Source: Chrysomallon squamiferum (taxonomy: Eukaryota; Animalia; Mollusca). From it: DNA of 64,000 nt. Below the pieces are notes generated by a model, which saw only the letters and a list, made by a program, of their open reading frames with translations, did no database searches and was not told the origin of the DNA. The stretch is taken from assembly GCA_012295275.1 (NCBI GenBank), contig CM022679.1, positions 4,774,001-4,838,000 on the forward strand. The letters are read 5' to 3'. Within the stretch, counting starts at the first letter, position 1. Each line of letters starts with the position of its first letter. The position numbers and the translations under genes were made by a program. Below are positions 1 to 14,338 of this stretch, one piece after another.

Positions 1-4
1 CTGT

Positions 5-39
<35 letters not shown>

Positions 40-350
40 TTACTACTACTGCTACTACTACTACTACTACTGTTACTACTACTACTACTATTACTACTAC
101 TACTACTACTATTACTACTACTACTGCTCCTGATACTATCAAATACTGCAGCTACTATCATTACTACTGTTCTAGCACTACTACTCCTACTACTACTGCT
201 ACTGCTACTACTACTACTACTGTTCTGTTACTGCAACTAGTACAACTACTGCACTGTTACTATTTTTACTGCTCCTAACATAACTACTAATCTGGCCCTA
301 TGACTACTTCTACTACAGCTGTTACTGGTACTACTACCACTGCTGTCAAT
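1..350. repeat. Degenerate (CTA)n microsatellite
   Basis: Direct reading: ctactactact... with increasing degeneracy. Confidence 0.95.
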
Positions 351-1199
351 ACAATTATGACATTTTACAGTGCACACGAGTGGTGGAGCACTTAACCAGA
401 GAGTGTTTGATAAATGATTTTATTACAGATTAATTGCCCTGAAACTAGGAAGAAACAAATCCTAGGTTGTTTAGTGGAATGTAGTTTCAGCTCTGTTGTC
501 TTCAGTGATTGGTCAGTTGAAACAACTAGGAAGTGTGGGATGTAACAGAAAAAAAAAAACCTCTAAAACAAAAAATAATAATAATAATTAAAAAAATAAA
601 GTAATAATAAACTGAAATAAATATTTTGAAAGTATATTTTTTTAGATGTATACACATGTGTGAATGTGTGAATGTTTGTATGGAAGAGTATGTGTATGCA
701 TGCATATTGATGTATGTATGTGTGTATGTATGTGATATGTATGTATGTTTATGTGTGTTTGTGTGTGTGTGTGTGTGCGAATATGTATGTATGTATGTAT
801 GTATGTATGAATGTATGTATACATGTATTTTCTATCTATATAGACACTTAGATACATATTGATCCAGACAGAAAAAAGAAAATACACATTAGAACTCAAA
901 TTTAACTTATTGATCATACAATACCAGTCAAACCAAGATAATTAATTTGTTCTAGCATTGTTCTGATTTTGATAATAATAACAATGACAATAAAAAGAAT
1001 AATAATAAGTAATAAGTAATAAGTAATAATAAATAAATAAATAAATTAATTAATTAATTAATTTTTACACTGCAAGTTAAAAGAAAATAATAAATTAGTT
1101 AAGTAAATGTGTGAAAATGTTATCAAATGATGTAAATAATATACACTGACAGCTGAAAGTACTAGCAGAGAAAGACCATTTTTCAATTTCTTAGAAAAC

Positions 1200-2990
1200 C
1201 ATTATTATTATTAATTGTATTATTATTATTATTTTTATTATTATTATTAATTGTATTATTATTATTATTATTATTTGTATTATTATTATTATTATTATCT
1301 TATTTTTTTTAATATTATTATTTTTCTTATATATTTTTTTTTTTTTTTTTTTTTATTATTAATTTTATTATTATTATTTTATATATTATTTTTATTATTT
1401 TTTATATTATTATTTTTTTTATCATTATTATTACTTTATATATTACTTTTATTATTTTTTTGTATTATTATTTTTTTATTATTATTATTACTTTTTATTA
1501 TTTTTTTGTATTATTATTTTATTATTATTTTATTCTTCTTCTTCTTCTTCTTCTTCTTCTTTTTTTATTATTATTATATTTTATTATTTTTATATTATTA
1601 TTATTATTATTTATATATTATTTTTATTATTATTTTTATTTTATTTTTTATATATTATTTTATTTTTTTTTTATTATTTTTTTATTATTATTAATTTTAT
1701 ATATTATTTTCTTATTTTTTTAAAATTATTTTTTTTATTATTATTATTTTATTAGTTTTTATATTATTCTTCTTATTTTTTTATAGTTACTATTATTATT
1801 ATTTTATTATTACTAATTTTTTTATTATTTTTATTATTATATTTCTTATTCTTATTATACATGCTATTTTATTATTGTTGTTGTTGTTATTATTATTAGA
1901 TTATTATTATTATTATAATTAATATTATTTTAGTATCATAGTTATGAGTGTGGCTATCAGATTATTATCTTTCTCATTATTATTATTTTATTAATAGCAT
2001 CCATTTATTGTTGTCATAATTATGACTGTTGTTGTTATTATTATAATATTATTATTGTTATTATTATTATTATTTTTTATTATTATTATTATTTCTGTCA
2101 TCATTATGATCATCATCTAATTTACACATCATTGAAAAAAATAAAATAAAATAAAAATAAATAAAATTGTACATCAACCTATGCAAGAAAGAAGAAAATA
2201 ATAAAATATGTAAGTAAATGTGTTAAATGGTATCAAGATGTAATAAATATATACTGACAGCTAAAAGTACTATGAGTGTAAAACTGTTTTTCAGTTTCTT
2301 AGAAAACCATTATTGTTATTATTTGTAGATTATTATTTTTATTATTTTTACCTAATTATTTCTGTTATTTTATTATTATTATTTTTATTATTTATTATTA
2401 TTATCATTATTATTGTTGTTGTTATTCATCATCATTTTAATTGCTATTATTATTACACTTATGTTTTTTGAATTATTATTGCTGTTGTTATTATTATAAG
2501 ATTATTATTATTAAAATTATCTTATCAATACCATTATCATTATCATTTATTATTGGTATAGTTATGAATGTTGTTGTTGTTGTAGTTGTTATTATTATTA
2601 TTATTATTGATATTATCATTTTATTATTACTATTTTTCATATTATTATTATTATTATTATTATCATATTTCTTCTTCTTCTTCTTCTTATTATATAGGTT
2701 TTTTATTATTATTATTATAATTAACATTATTTTACTATTATCATAATTTATCATTGTTATAGTTATCAGAACTACTCTTTCAAACTGCGTGATTATGATG
2801 ATGATCATCATTATCTCTATCATCATTATCATCATCATCTCCATCATCACCATCATCATTATCTCTATCATCATCATCATCATTTATATCTCCATCATCA
2901 TCACCATCATCATTATCTCCATCATCATCATCATCATCATCTCTATCATCATTATTATCTCTATCATCATCATCGTCATCGTCATCTAAC
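1200..2990. repeat. Compound low-complexity (TTA)n/(TCA)n tract
   Basis: Long imperfect TTA/TTC/TCA triplet runs; explains the poly-Y/I/L/D ORFs. Confidence 0.9.
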
Positions 2991-3420
2991 AGACACATCA
3001 GTGAACAAACTAAAAACTGTGTAGTAGTCGCTTGATCTGCTCTAGTTCACATTCGACTCTGAGACGACAAGAAAGGGTAGATTTAAAAAAAAAAAATCAA
3101 ATATCAAAACAGGCCACCTGCAAAGTGCACTATGAATATATATATTCAACAAAAACAGAAAGAGAATCTAAAAGACAACTTACTTATGTACGACACAAAA
3201 GTTGGATTCTTCCTGAACGCCATGCAGTGAAAATTGCTAAGAACTACCAAGTGTCATAAGTGTTCACTTGTGTGTTTAAAAATGAAATAATGCCAGCCGG
3301 AAAATATTGAATGCACAGGTAAGATATAAAGTTCTATAAATAGAATTTTTGTAGCGGAAATGGGAATTCCCCTGCAGTTTCACTGATGGCAGAGTTATAT
3401 TTCCTTATAGACTGACATGA

Positions 3421-3461
<41 letters not shown>

Positions 3462-3491
3462 GTGTCTATATATATATATATATATTATATA

Positions 3492-3577
<86 letters not shown>

Positions 3578-3639
3578 AAGAAAAAAAATGGCAGACTAAA
3601 TACTTCTTGTATTAAAATCTTTGTTAAAATTATTATCAA

Positions 3640-4147
3640 AACATTTGCTGTGTCATTGGTCGGAATAATATTGGCTTTTGCTTACTTCCTTTATTTTCAT
3701 GAGTCATAATTCTGATAAAAAAGAAGAAAAAAGCCCCTTATATTTACTGTAGTTATGTTTGTAACTAGTTATAAATAGAAACCATGTAACACTTCAATAA
3801 CTCTAGAGAGGAAAATCAACAACAAGTATATAGAAGATAAACACAGTTACACTGGCAATTCATAGAACAGCTGCTGCTACAACAACAACAATGACATCAG
3901 CAATTTGAACAAATAAAGTAGAACAACAACAACAACAACTTGAATAAATGAAGTAATACAACAACGACATTAGCAATTTGAACAATGAAGGACTACAACA
4001 ACGATAGATAAACAGACAATTTCAACAACTAATAATACAAAAATTCAATAATTTTTTTTATATCCTGATGTTTCAGAATTAATTTTTTTTTTAGTGATTT
4101 CTGCTGGCTTTTCAAGAAGTTGTTTGAAAAAGACACATCACATTTTT

Positions 4148-4209
<62 letters not shown>

Positions 4210-4235
4210 ATTTTGCATGATGCAAACACACACAT

Positions 4236-4270
<35 letters not shown>

Positions 4271-4514
4271 TTTGTTTAAAACTTTAAAACACTGAATATA
4301 AAATACTTAAAAATTGAATTAATTTTTTGAACATTAAAATAAAGGGTTTTTCTGACATATGTCTACTTACTGTACAGAAAAAAACACTAATATATAATAA
4401 ATATAATTAGGGTTTACAGAAATCTAAGACCATGGCCAGTACAAGCTTGTTTGAACATTACTAAATAAAAATCAGCTAAACATTTATTTTACCCTCACAT
4501 ACTCAAGTAGGTAC

Positions 4515-4597
<83 letters not shown>

Positions 4598-5440
4598 ACA
4601 AGACTGTCATTTCATTATGGCTGGTTTTAATTAAAAAATGATTATCTTACAACAAATATAATAAAATGTGAATGAAGTTGTATAATTATTATCAAAACAA
4701 ATAATGTAAGTATGAAGAGAACCAAAAATCTATTATTATTGTTTTTGTATCCCTACATCCAAAGGCACATTTGATAACAAGTAATAGAGTTCTGCTGCTT
4801 TGTTTTAATTAAACAATCAGGACGTTCTGTTTGTAGAAAATTGTTTAACTGATCAAAATAATTATTTCATTTGCTGTGTGATTGGTCAGAATAATATTTG
4901 CATTTGCCTGCTTCCTTTATTTTCATGAGTCACAATTCTAGAAAAAAAGAAGAAAAAAGTCCCTTATATTTACTGTACTTATGTTTGTAACTAGTTATAA
5001 ATAGAAACCATGTAACACAGGAAAATCACCTGGAATTACCTGTGTGGTTGAAAACTTTCTTATTTCTAATAACAACAGCAGATAAAAATCACAACACGTA
5101 GAAAGAAGATAAATACAGTTACACTGGCAATTCATAGTGCAGTTGCTGCTACAACAACAACAATGACATCAGCAATTTGAACAAATAGAGTACTACAACA
5201 ACAACAACAACAACTTGAATAAATGAAGTAACACAACAACGACTTTAGCAATTTGAACAATGAAGGACTACAACAACAATGAAAGATAAAACAGACAATT
5301 TCAACAACTAATAATAAAAAATTAAATAATTTTTTTTTTATCCTGATGATGTTGCAGAATTATTAATTTTTCTTTAGTGATTTCTGCTGGCTTTTCAAGA
5401 AGTTGTTTGAAAAAGACACACCACATTTTTAGAGAGAGAG
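3640..5440 (+). repeat. Local direct duplication: ~3640-4150 and ~4868-5440
   Basis: Both copies start catttgctgtgt(c/g)attggtc and share long near-identical blocks (e.g. cagttacactggcaattcatag, gtgatttctgctggcttttcaagaagttgtttgaaaaagacac), ending in (GA)n. Confidence 0.9.
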
Positions 5441-6308
5441 AGGGAGAGAGAAAAATTGGAACAATGGTTGGACCAACAATTAGAAGAAGAAGAAGAAAAA
5501 GGCTGAAATAAACAGGATTGATATAAATGTCTCTGTTTATGTATGGTTGTGAATTCATTCTCCATACCAATTGAGCTTTATAGGCAGAATGGGAACAATG
5601 GACTTTACACATTACAAAAACTTAGTGTTGTTTACCTATGTGATTATCTGTCATCGTTTTAAAGATTATATTTTATTTTTGAGATGATGATTTGTCTCCA
5701 AAAAATTCATCTGAGTTAAACCCTGATAAGATATTACTACAAAACCATGGAGTATTTACAAAACACTGGTCCAATAACTAAAACAGATAAAATCCTTTAT
5801 CTTAGAAATATAAAGAATATGTGGTTGTTGAAACAGTTCAAACAAAACAAAGGAACTGAAACAAAAACAACAAATCACAAATGATATAAAAATATATAAT
5901 AATAATTTTTTTTTTTTAATTCTTTTAAAAAGATTGTAACAAGATAAATGTCTAGACATATTCATTTTTCTTATCTTAAGAGTATACACTGATCTGTGAA
6001 AATTATATAAGTTGTTAATCCTGTAAAAAAAAAAATATCCCAGGTGTATACAGTTTTATATAATAAAAATATCATACTCACACAAACACAAACAGACACA
6101 GAGACACACACACACACAAACAGACACAGAGACACACACACATACATATAGATAGATACATATACAGATTTACATACTGAAAAAAACAGAGCAGTTTCAG
6201 TTACAATTTACACATGCTTAACTATGAACACATTTATCATCACATATTCATACATATCTGCACACAGTAAAAAAAAAAGAAAAAAAAGAAAAAACGTAAA
6301 ATCAGAGT

Positions 6309-6364
<56 letters not shown>

Positions 6365-6444
6365 TAAAATAAATCAGATGGAACACTTGACAAGAAACAA
6401 AAAGCCAGAGGTAGATGTTATTAATTTAAAGCTGGATTGGGAAA

Positions 6445-6479
<35 letters not shown>

Positions 6480-7077
6480 AAAACAAAATTATAAAAAACT
6501 AAAATAAATAAATATCGCTTTTAGGTAGACTGTAACTTATTTGAAAACAGAATTTGGAAAGTCAGGAAGGTGATCACAGAATTTACAGGCCGATAGAACA
6601 AGATGTATATTAAGTAATTAATTACTAGGAGTCGAGTCAGATAGAGTAACACAGACAAACTGCTTGTTCGCTGCGATGTAACACTGAGATTAGATCTGAC
6701 AGATTCGATGTAGATTCGTCACAAGTGAAATATCAGCGAAGCAGACGTCACTGACAACATGATATATCTATATATAGTATATATATGTGTGTTTGCATCA
6801 TGCAAAGTTACCCTCTCTCTCTCTCAGATTTTTTTCCAAAATTTAATTGATCTATTGTTGTTGTAAATTATATATATATATATATTATTTTTTTTCTGTA
6901 TTTGTTTAACTTTATGATTGCTTTTATTAATCCATATGCTGCCACTGTATATTAACCATTTACAGAAATCTAAGACCATGGCCAGTACAAGCTTGTTTGA
7001 ACATTACTAAATAAAAATCAGCTAAACATTTATTTTACCTTCACATACTCAAGTAGTTACATATATTATTATACATC

Positions 7078-7145
<68 letters not shown>

Positions 7146-7230
7146 AGACTGTCATTTCATTATGGCTGATTTTAATTAAAAAATGATTATCTTACATCAA
7201 ATATAATAAAATGTGAATGAAGTTGTCACA
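4413..7230 (+). repeat. Second direct duplication: ~4413-4690 and ~6960-7230, each with an internal (GA)n
   Basis: Shared tttacagaaatctaagaccatggccagtacaagcttgtttgaac...(GA)n...caagactgtcatttcattatggctg. Confidence 0.9.
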
Positions 7231-7420
7231 ATTTTGTTAAGTGATCGATTTTAAAACTGTATGATTATGTGATCGAAACACTGTAGTGCCATAAATATTT
7301 TTGTGTAGGTTCAGTTATTTGCACTCCCTCGTAAAAAGAATTTCCAAATTAATGAGCTCTTTATTTTTTGTAAAGTAAAATAATAAATATATTTAAATTG
7401 ACGAGAAACATTAACGGATA

Positions 7421-7507
<87 letters not shown>

Positions 7508-7524
7508 CAGTAAAACGTAACAAA

Positions 7525-7563
<39 letters not shown>

Positions 7564-7779
7564 ATACCTTGTACGTTTTTGTTAGAAGTTTTCCTCGTCT
7601 AATTAGTTTTTCAGCACGTATCAAAAACAAAAGTTTATGATGTTATACCACTGTGAACTACAGTACATTTAACAACGTATGACTGAATAAATATTCACTA
7701 AAAGTTTCAATGTATCAGATTTAAATGCAGATCTCTTGTAAACATATGAAGCAAAGGTCACACATATAACGGTGAACTC

Positions 7780-8040
7780 ATGAACGATGCTGATCCGAAA
7801 ATGATACCAACTTCCTAACTTTAGGATTATTTCTTCCGGGTTTGGGATTTCGGCCAATGAGAAGTATTAGTGATATTTTAGACCCACGTGCTTTCTCTGA
7901 CATGTCAATCAGTTTGTTTACCTTCGTATTCCGCTGACGTAGGCCGGAAACCTCGAGGCAGTAGCTACATTACGATTATGATTATTTCGTCAATACTAGA
8001 CATAATATTGACGTATATGGAATTTTCTTCATGCGCAATA
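7780..8040. promoter_or_regulatory. CpG-enriched promoter-like segment (ETS CCGGAA, CRE half-site TGACGT, CCAAT)
   Basis: Local CpG excess over flanks; cttccggg, ggccaatg, ctgacgtaggccggaaac. Target gene not determined. Confidence 0.35.
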
Positions 8041-8235
8041 TCAGTTATTACTTTATATGTTTTTTTTTTTTCATTCATACTTTTTCTTCTTTTTTATAGA
8101 TATTATTAAATCGTTGAATAATATTGGAAGAAACATATTTTCATTTATTTATTTATTTATTTATTAGTTGTTGAAATATTATATTTAGCATAAATAAAAG
8201 TTAAATATATAATTCGACGTACATTTAATCCTTAA

Positions 8236-8314
8236 TACTGTGGTACCTGCCTTATAGGGGCAAAAGTATCCCTGCTTCGCAGGTGTCCCCTCATCAAAGG
8301 GTTAACAATTGGAC

Positions 8315-8347
<33 letters not shown>

Positions 8348-9100
8348 ATATTATTATTATTATTATTGAACATATTTGCATGCACATGCACATGCACCAC
8401 GTACATTACTCACAACAAACATAAATCGTTATGGCCGGGCACTGACATAGCAAGCATCTTGGATTCCTACGAAAACACAAATGCAAAACTTCATTGATGA
8501 ATATTAATAAAAACATATTTTACATGTCACAAAACTCATAATAAGAATTAGGTATGTTTATGTTCTACAAAATATAGCGTTTGAACCCCCCCCCCTCCCC
8601 AAAAAGGAAAGAAAACGAGTTCCGATTTGTGTCAGATGCACAGAACCAACATTTCGATCCCGAAATACGAGGTGTTTATAAAACATAAGCATGAGCGGAA
8701 TGATGAAAATTATGAATCAAATTCTGAAAAATGGCATGACTTGGCGAGAAAAGCGTCTGGCGATTGTAATTCGCGGGCTTCTGTGATTTAACAAGAATAA
8801 CACTCCCAGAATGCACAGTGCTTGGCAGTCAGGTAATTAGGCGATGCGATCTTTAATTTAAAATATCGTTAAAAGCTGCCGTGCAACAGTAACATTATTT
8901 ATTTGGGTGAAAACAAATCCAAATCGGTATGACTGTCCGCTTTGACAGTGGGAATAATGATTTAAAAACAGCGTCCGTGTCCGCTGATCTGTATATCCAT
9001 ATGGACATATGGACTGAAAAACAATCGGGACTCAGAGAAAGTGTCCGAACATCGTGGTTGACCGCTCATTTAAGGGGCCGCTAAAGGCAGGTACCACTCG
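8236..9100. mobile_element. Degenerate non-autonomous TIR DNA transposon (Tc1/mariner-like MITE)
   Basis: Perfect 14-bp inverted repeat GTGGTACCTGCCTT (8240-8253) / AAGGCAGGTACCAC (9084-9097); left end preceded by TA-CT (CAGTGG-type terminus with one change); repeated gtccgc/gaccgc subterminal motifs; no transposase ORF. Confidence 0.6.
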
Positions 9101-12100
9101 ATCATGGTAATTAATCTGCTATAAGAACTGGTAAGAACTAATCTGGTATATGTATCTGCGACGGACGCGCCCGCTGACCTGTTTGCCCGTTATTGCTCTG
9201 ATTAGCACGTTAATTTTTTTCCATTTCCATTTCCAATCTGGTATGTTTATTATAACGCGTGGACACGCTAAAGGTTCGGCTTTGTCGAATTCTGCAGTAA
9301 CTGTAACCCACGTAATTAACTATTAGATTAATGACTCATTTCATTCTGGTCTTCCTGGGGCGAAGTTTGACGTCTTCTTCTTCTTCTTCTTCTTCTTATT
9401 CATGTTGTTGTTTATAAATATTAATTAATGTTATTTGAATTAATTTCGGTTTTCAGTAGCATGGGATTCACATCTTGCTACTGAATCGAGTGAAAAGCTA
9501 ATTATTTTAATAACATCTAGAAATTATAAAATTATACACACGTCCGGACCTGATGCAGATGTGAGCCTTTCTGTAAGAACTGAAAGAAAACAGTGTTAAG
9601 TATGTTCTACGATAATAGACGTATTGTATTCCAACAAATGTCCCCACTAATGAAGCAGTTTTTTTACTTTAAGAATTTTTTATTATTATTATTTCATCAT
9701 TTTTTTTTCTCTCCATAAAGTTAAAATTGAAATGGCAAGAAGTAAATATATAAAAATAAAAATAAAAAATAAAAATAAAAATAAAATAAATTTTAAAAAA
9801 TAACAAAATAAAAAAATAAAATAAAATAAAAATTATATATATAGTCTTTTTTATATAAAAAATAAATAATTTATTTTCTTGGTTGTATGGTATTTGTTCT
9901 CAGACCAGTCAAAAGAGTATCTAAAAGGAGGGGAGCAAACCCTCTTCACTTAGCTGGGAATAGCGTCTTACGTGTTACAGTTCCTCTTTCCTTCTCACAG
10001 AAAACGATAGCTAGATCGTCGTTATTTTATCAATTTTCGCTTTCATATTTTTTAACTTTAAGAAAACAATAATTATAATAAAGTTCATTTGTTATTAATT
10101 TAAATTAAACCCCTTTTGATTCCATTTTACAGGTGCGTATCGAAATCGTACTTCAAATTTACGACGAACGTACCTTCCAAAACTAATCCAGGCATAAAAT
10201 AAAACGATAGTGTCTTTAACTTCCAAAACTAATATTACATACAGATAATGTATTTGACTTCATTTTATTAAAAATATTACGAAAATCTGTCTACTGGCAC
10301 CGTTTGCATAGCGTCCACAAAAATTCATCTGATTTGTCAGTCGGAATCATAAACAAACCATTACCGCCTCGTTGTAAACCGCTAAATCACAAGAATGTTC
10401 GGATTTATAAAATTGCAATTACTGCATTATTTTTCGATATGATATTATATATTTGTTCCCCATGTTCTTTCCAGTGATACAATAATAATTTTAAAATGGA
10501 AACTTTTATGGGTTTTTTTTGGGGGTTTTTTTTTGTCAACTATCTAGTATATACTATAAATCGTTATTTTGTTTTTAGACGGTTTACGGTAACAGGAATA
10601 CATTTTCTGATAATCTAAAACTGAAGTGATTTTACGATCGATAACTGGATCCGGAAAAGAGAACATAAAATGTGCGTACAGACTGATGGTGATTTCTAGT
10701 ACGTATAACTGTAGATAAGTCCTAACAGATAATAAAATAGCTGAGTGTAAAGCAATTTTACATGGTCTGTGCTCACGATTGTATGTATTAATTACTGTGT
10801 CCCATTGTTAGTTGTTACGCCGATGCTCAGCTAATAAAACTAGCTATAACGTGATTCACAGCATCATTCAGATTAAATTAATATAAAATAATAAATTATT
10901 GAGAGAGAAAGAAAGAACCATATAGCTATTATTAATATAAATATAATATAATAATCATGTTATAACTATTTAACCGACTGCAGCCAAAGGAAAAAAAAAA
11001 AAAAAAAAAAAAAAAACCAAAAAAAAATCACAGAATTGAATAATAGGTAGAAGCTTAATTTTGTTCTTGAAATTTTCTTTTGTCTTTCATTCATTTGTAA
11101 ATGGCTAAATAGATATGTATTAAGTGTATTCCTTATTTATATTTTATTATATATATTATTTTATAGTAATTGCTAATATATATATATATATTGAGTTGTA
11201 AAGCAGATAAATATATCTTGACATGGTAAAGTTAAAATAACAACTGTACTGGGAGTCTTTCAATTTGATGTTTTCAGTGCATGTGTCTGTGTGTGCGCGC
11301 GCGTGTGTGTGTGTTATAATGTACTGTACAAATGAAAACATGTCACACACTGCTGATTTGACTGCAGCTCCAGCTGTTGTGATCATAAGTTCTTTACTTA
11401 GTGACCGAGGTACATTACTACGACTAGGTTAAATTACTATAGCTAGGTTGGGCAATAAGGGAGAAACTGCATGTTAACAATATTTCAAGCACTGGCAGTT
11501 GGATTGCATCAGCCATCTTTACTTACTTATTATTTTAATACACTCGTTTACCATTCATAGCATTTTTAGTAATATTTTTAAATGTTTGTGCAGTAGCTTA
11601 CTGAAAACTGTGAGACAGAGAATCAAAGAAATCAGTTCTAATATGCATTACTAAGGTTTGGATTCTGTAAGTAATGGTAAATGTTTTGATATATTCCGAA
11701 TGAAGAAACAGTCTAAAGGATAATTTTGTTTTAATTTGCATAATTCTTATAAAAGATAAAAATACAATCAGAAAAAAAATCACAGCATCTTGTATCACGG
11801 GCTGCAGGACAAAAGTAAATTTGTAGTTACACATGTCGCCTTGGAAACAGCATTAAATTTTTTTCCTGTTTTTTTTCATTTAATTGATTATATCTTTCTG
11901 TTGTCAGGTATTATCCAGATGTTGATGTTTATTCTGATGTTCTAAAATTATTAATCCACCAAATGAGAACAGACTAAGGTATGTATATTTATAATTACTG
12001 CCTGGTATTTGGCATTTTTGTATTTTGTGCAGGTATCAATGTGTGTGTTTAATGTGTGAGTGTGTTTGTCACTGTGTGTCTCACTGAGTGTGTGTGTGTG

Positions 12101-12629
12101 TGTGTGTGTGTGTGCACGTGAGTGAGTGAATGAGACAGAAGGATAGAGAGTTTGTATACAATTTGTAGAACATAATTTTCTAGTCTGTTTCAAAATATAA
12201 ATCATGTTCACATACAGCATATAGAGTTTTTGTAATATTTAAGTATTATGAATAAATTATTTGTTACTTATCTTTTTTGACCAAAATGTCTTTGTATTAA
12301 TTTTTATCTACATTATAATTATTTCAAATACAAGAATATAATTTTTTTAAATAGTAAAAAAAATGTATAAATAATTTATTATTTACAAATTTATTATTAA
12401 CAGTAAAAATACAAAGTAAAATATAATTTAAAAATATCTGCATGTGTTTTTTTTTTCATTTTATCATATGTGTTGTTCATTATAAAATTTAACAAAACAT
12501 AATTTTAATAATCTTTTTCATAAATCCTTAATTTTTTTAATTTTTTTAAATATATATTTTTATATTTTCTTAATTTTCTAATGCTTATATTTTAATATTC
12601 TTGTACTGATCAGTTCGTTTAGGTAAAAG

Positions 12630-13833
12630 ATGTTGAGAGATGTCAACAATGGCTACAGAGGTGTGTTTGTCGTCATTTCGGCCTTCATGATCCAGTTTGT
12701 CGCGTTTGGAATCGCAATGTCTATCGGGATCTACAATGTTGAGTTTCTCGATCACTGGCCGGTGGATGCTTTGTCTGTGTCACTTGTTGGTGCTATCAAC
12801 GTTGGGTTTTTTCTTGGAGCAGGTAAAGAACAGTAATATAAATTAAAAAAATATATATATATATATATAATAAAAAAAAAATTAAAAAAAATTAATATAA
12901 GAAGAAAAAAAGGAAAAAAAAGGAAAACAAAATTAATCTTGATTTGTGTTTTTTATCAAAAATATTACTATCAGTAATGCAAAGATTGATGTGAGAATGT
13001 CAACAGATAATACACATTGTTATTTTGTTTAATATATTAATCATAAACTTGAAGCCATCTGCTTCCTGAACTTAGAAAAAGTATTAAAGTATTTCTGAAT
13101 ATATATAGCAGTCGATTTTGTTATAATTACAATAAAAGTAAAAATTTTGTGCATGTTGTTCTACATCATAGTTAAAAATATTTATATATACAGATGCATT
13201 TTAATATTTTTTCTAAGTTGAGGAAACGGATGAAAAAAAAAAAAAAAATGAAGCTTCTTTCTTTTTTTAATGTTATTACACGTCATAGTCAAAAATAATT
13301 GTAATAGAGACAAATTTATAGAATAGTATTTGAAACAAAACACAAAAGGTACAACAAATTTTACTAATTTTAGTGTTTTAGTGTATATATATTAAAACTT
13401 ACTTATTTTACATGTATATGAAAATACACTTTTTTAATTTTAGCAAAAATACAACAAAAAACCCCATTAATATGTGTATGAAAACTTCCTTACTGTTCGC
13501 TGCATTTGTTAAAGTCGAAGCCTACCAATATTTTTAATTTTTTAATTTTTATTTTCTAATAATTAAACTAATAATGTGATACGTAATTTATTACACGTAG
13601 GTTTTGATATCTTGCAGGACCCATAGCAAGCTACCTGATGTGGAAATTTCACCATCGGACTATCGTAATCAGTGGCGCCATCTTGTCCAGTCTTGGAATG
13701 TTGCCGTTGCCATTCATGTCCAGCATCGGATATTTCTACGTTTTCTACGGCTTGTTAGCAGGTTAGTCTGTTTCTACCCTGTCAAGTATTTGTTCAGGAA
13801 TCAATACTGTAAAAAAAAACAAATTTAAACTGA

Positions 13834-13907
<74 letters not shown>

Positions 13908-14303
13908 TTATATATAATAATAATAAAAAGAAAAGAATCATTATTATTTAAACTAATGAGGCTGTGGATTTATTCAGGAATCAAAACTGTAAAAAAACAT
14001 AATATCATTAGATTTACTTGTCATTAAAACATTTATTCATTAATTAGTTAATATTGTTATTATTATTATTATTATTAGTTTGGCTATTGTTTTTTCAGTT
14101 ATTATTATTATTATCATTATTATTATTATGTTGTTGTTGTTTTCTTTTCTTCTTCTTATTATTTTATTTTTGTTATTGTTATTATTGATATTATTATTAT
14201 GTTATATTTGTTATTGCTGCTGTTATCATTACTGTATTTTTATATTATTATATTACTTTGTTACTGTTGTTATTATTACCATATTATCATCATTATCATA
14301 ATC

Positions 14304-14338
<35 letters not shown>

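Noticed and set aside
626-2998. Long ORFs rich in Y/I/L/D/CV
   Set aside because: Translations of TTA/TCA/TG microsatellites; no coding signal.
7669-8109. Two short divergent ORFs in the CpG-rich region
   Set aside because: Non-ATG starts, no recognisable homology; better explained as promoter-like DNA.
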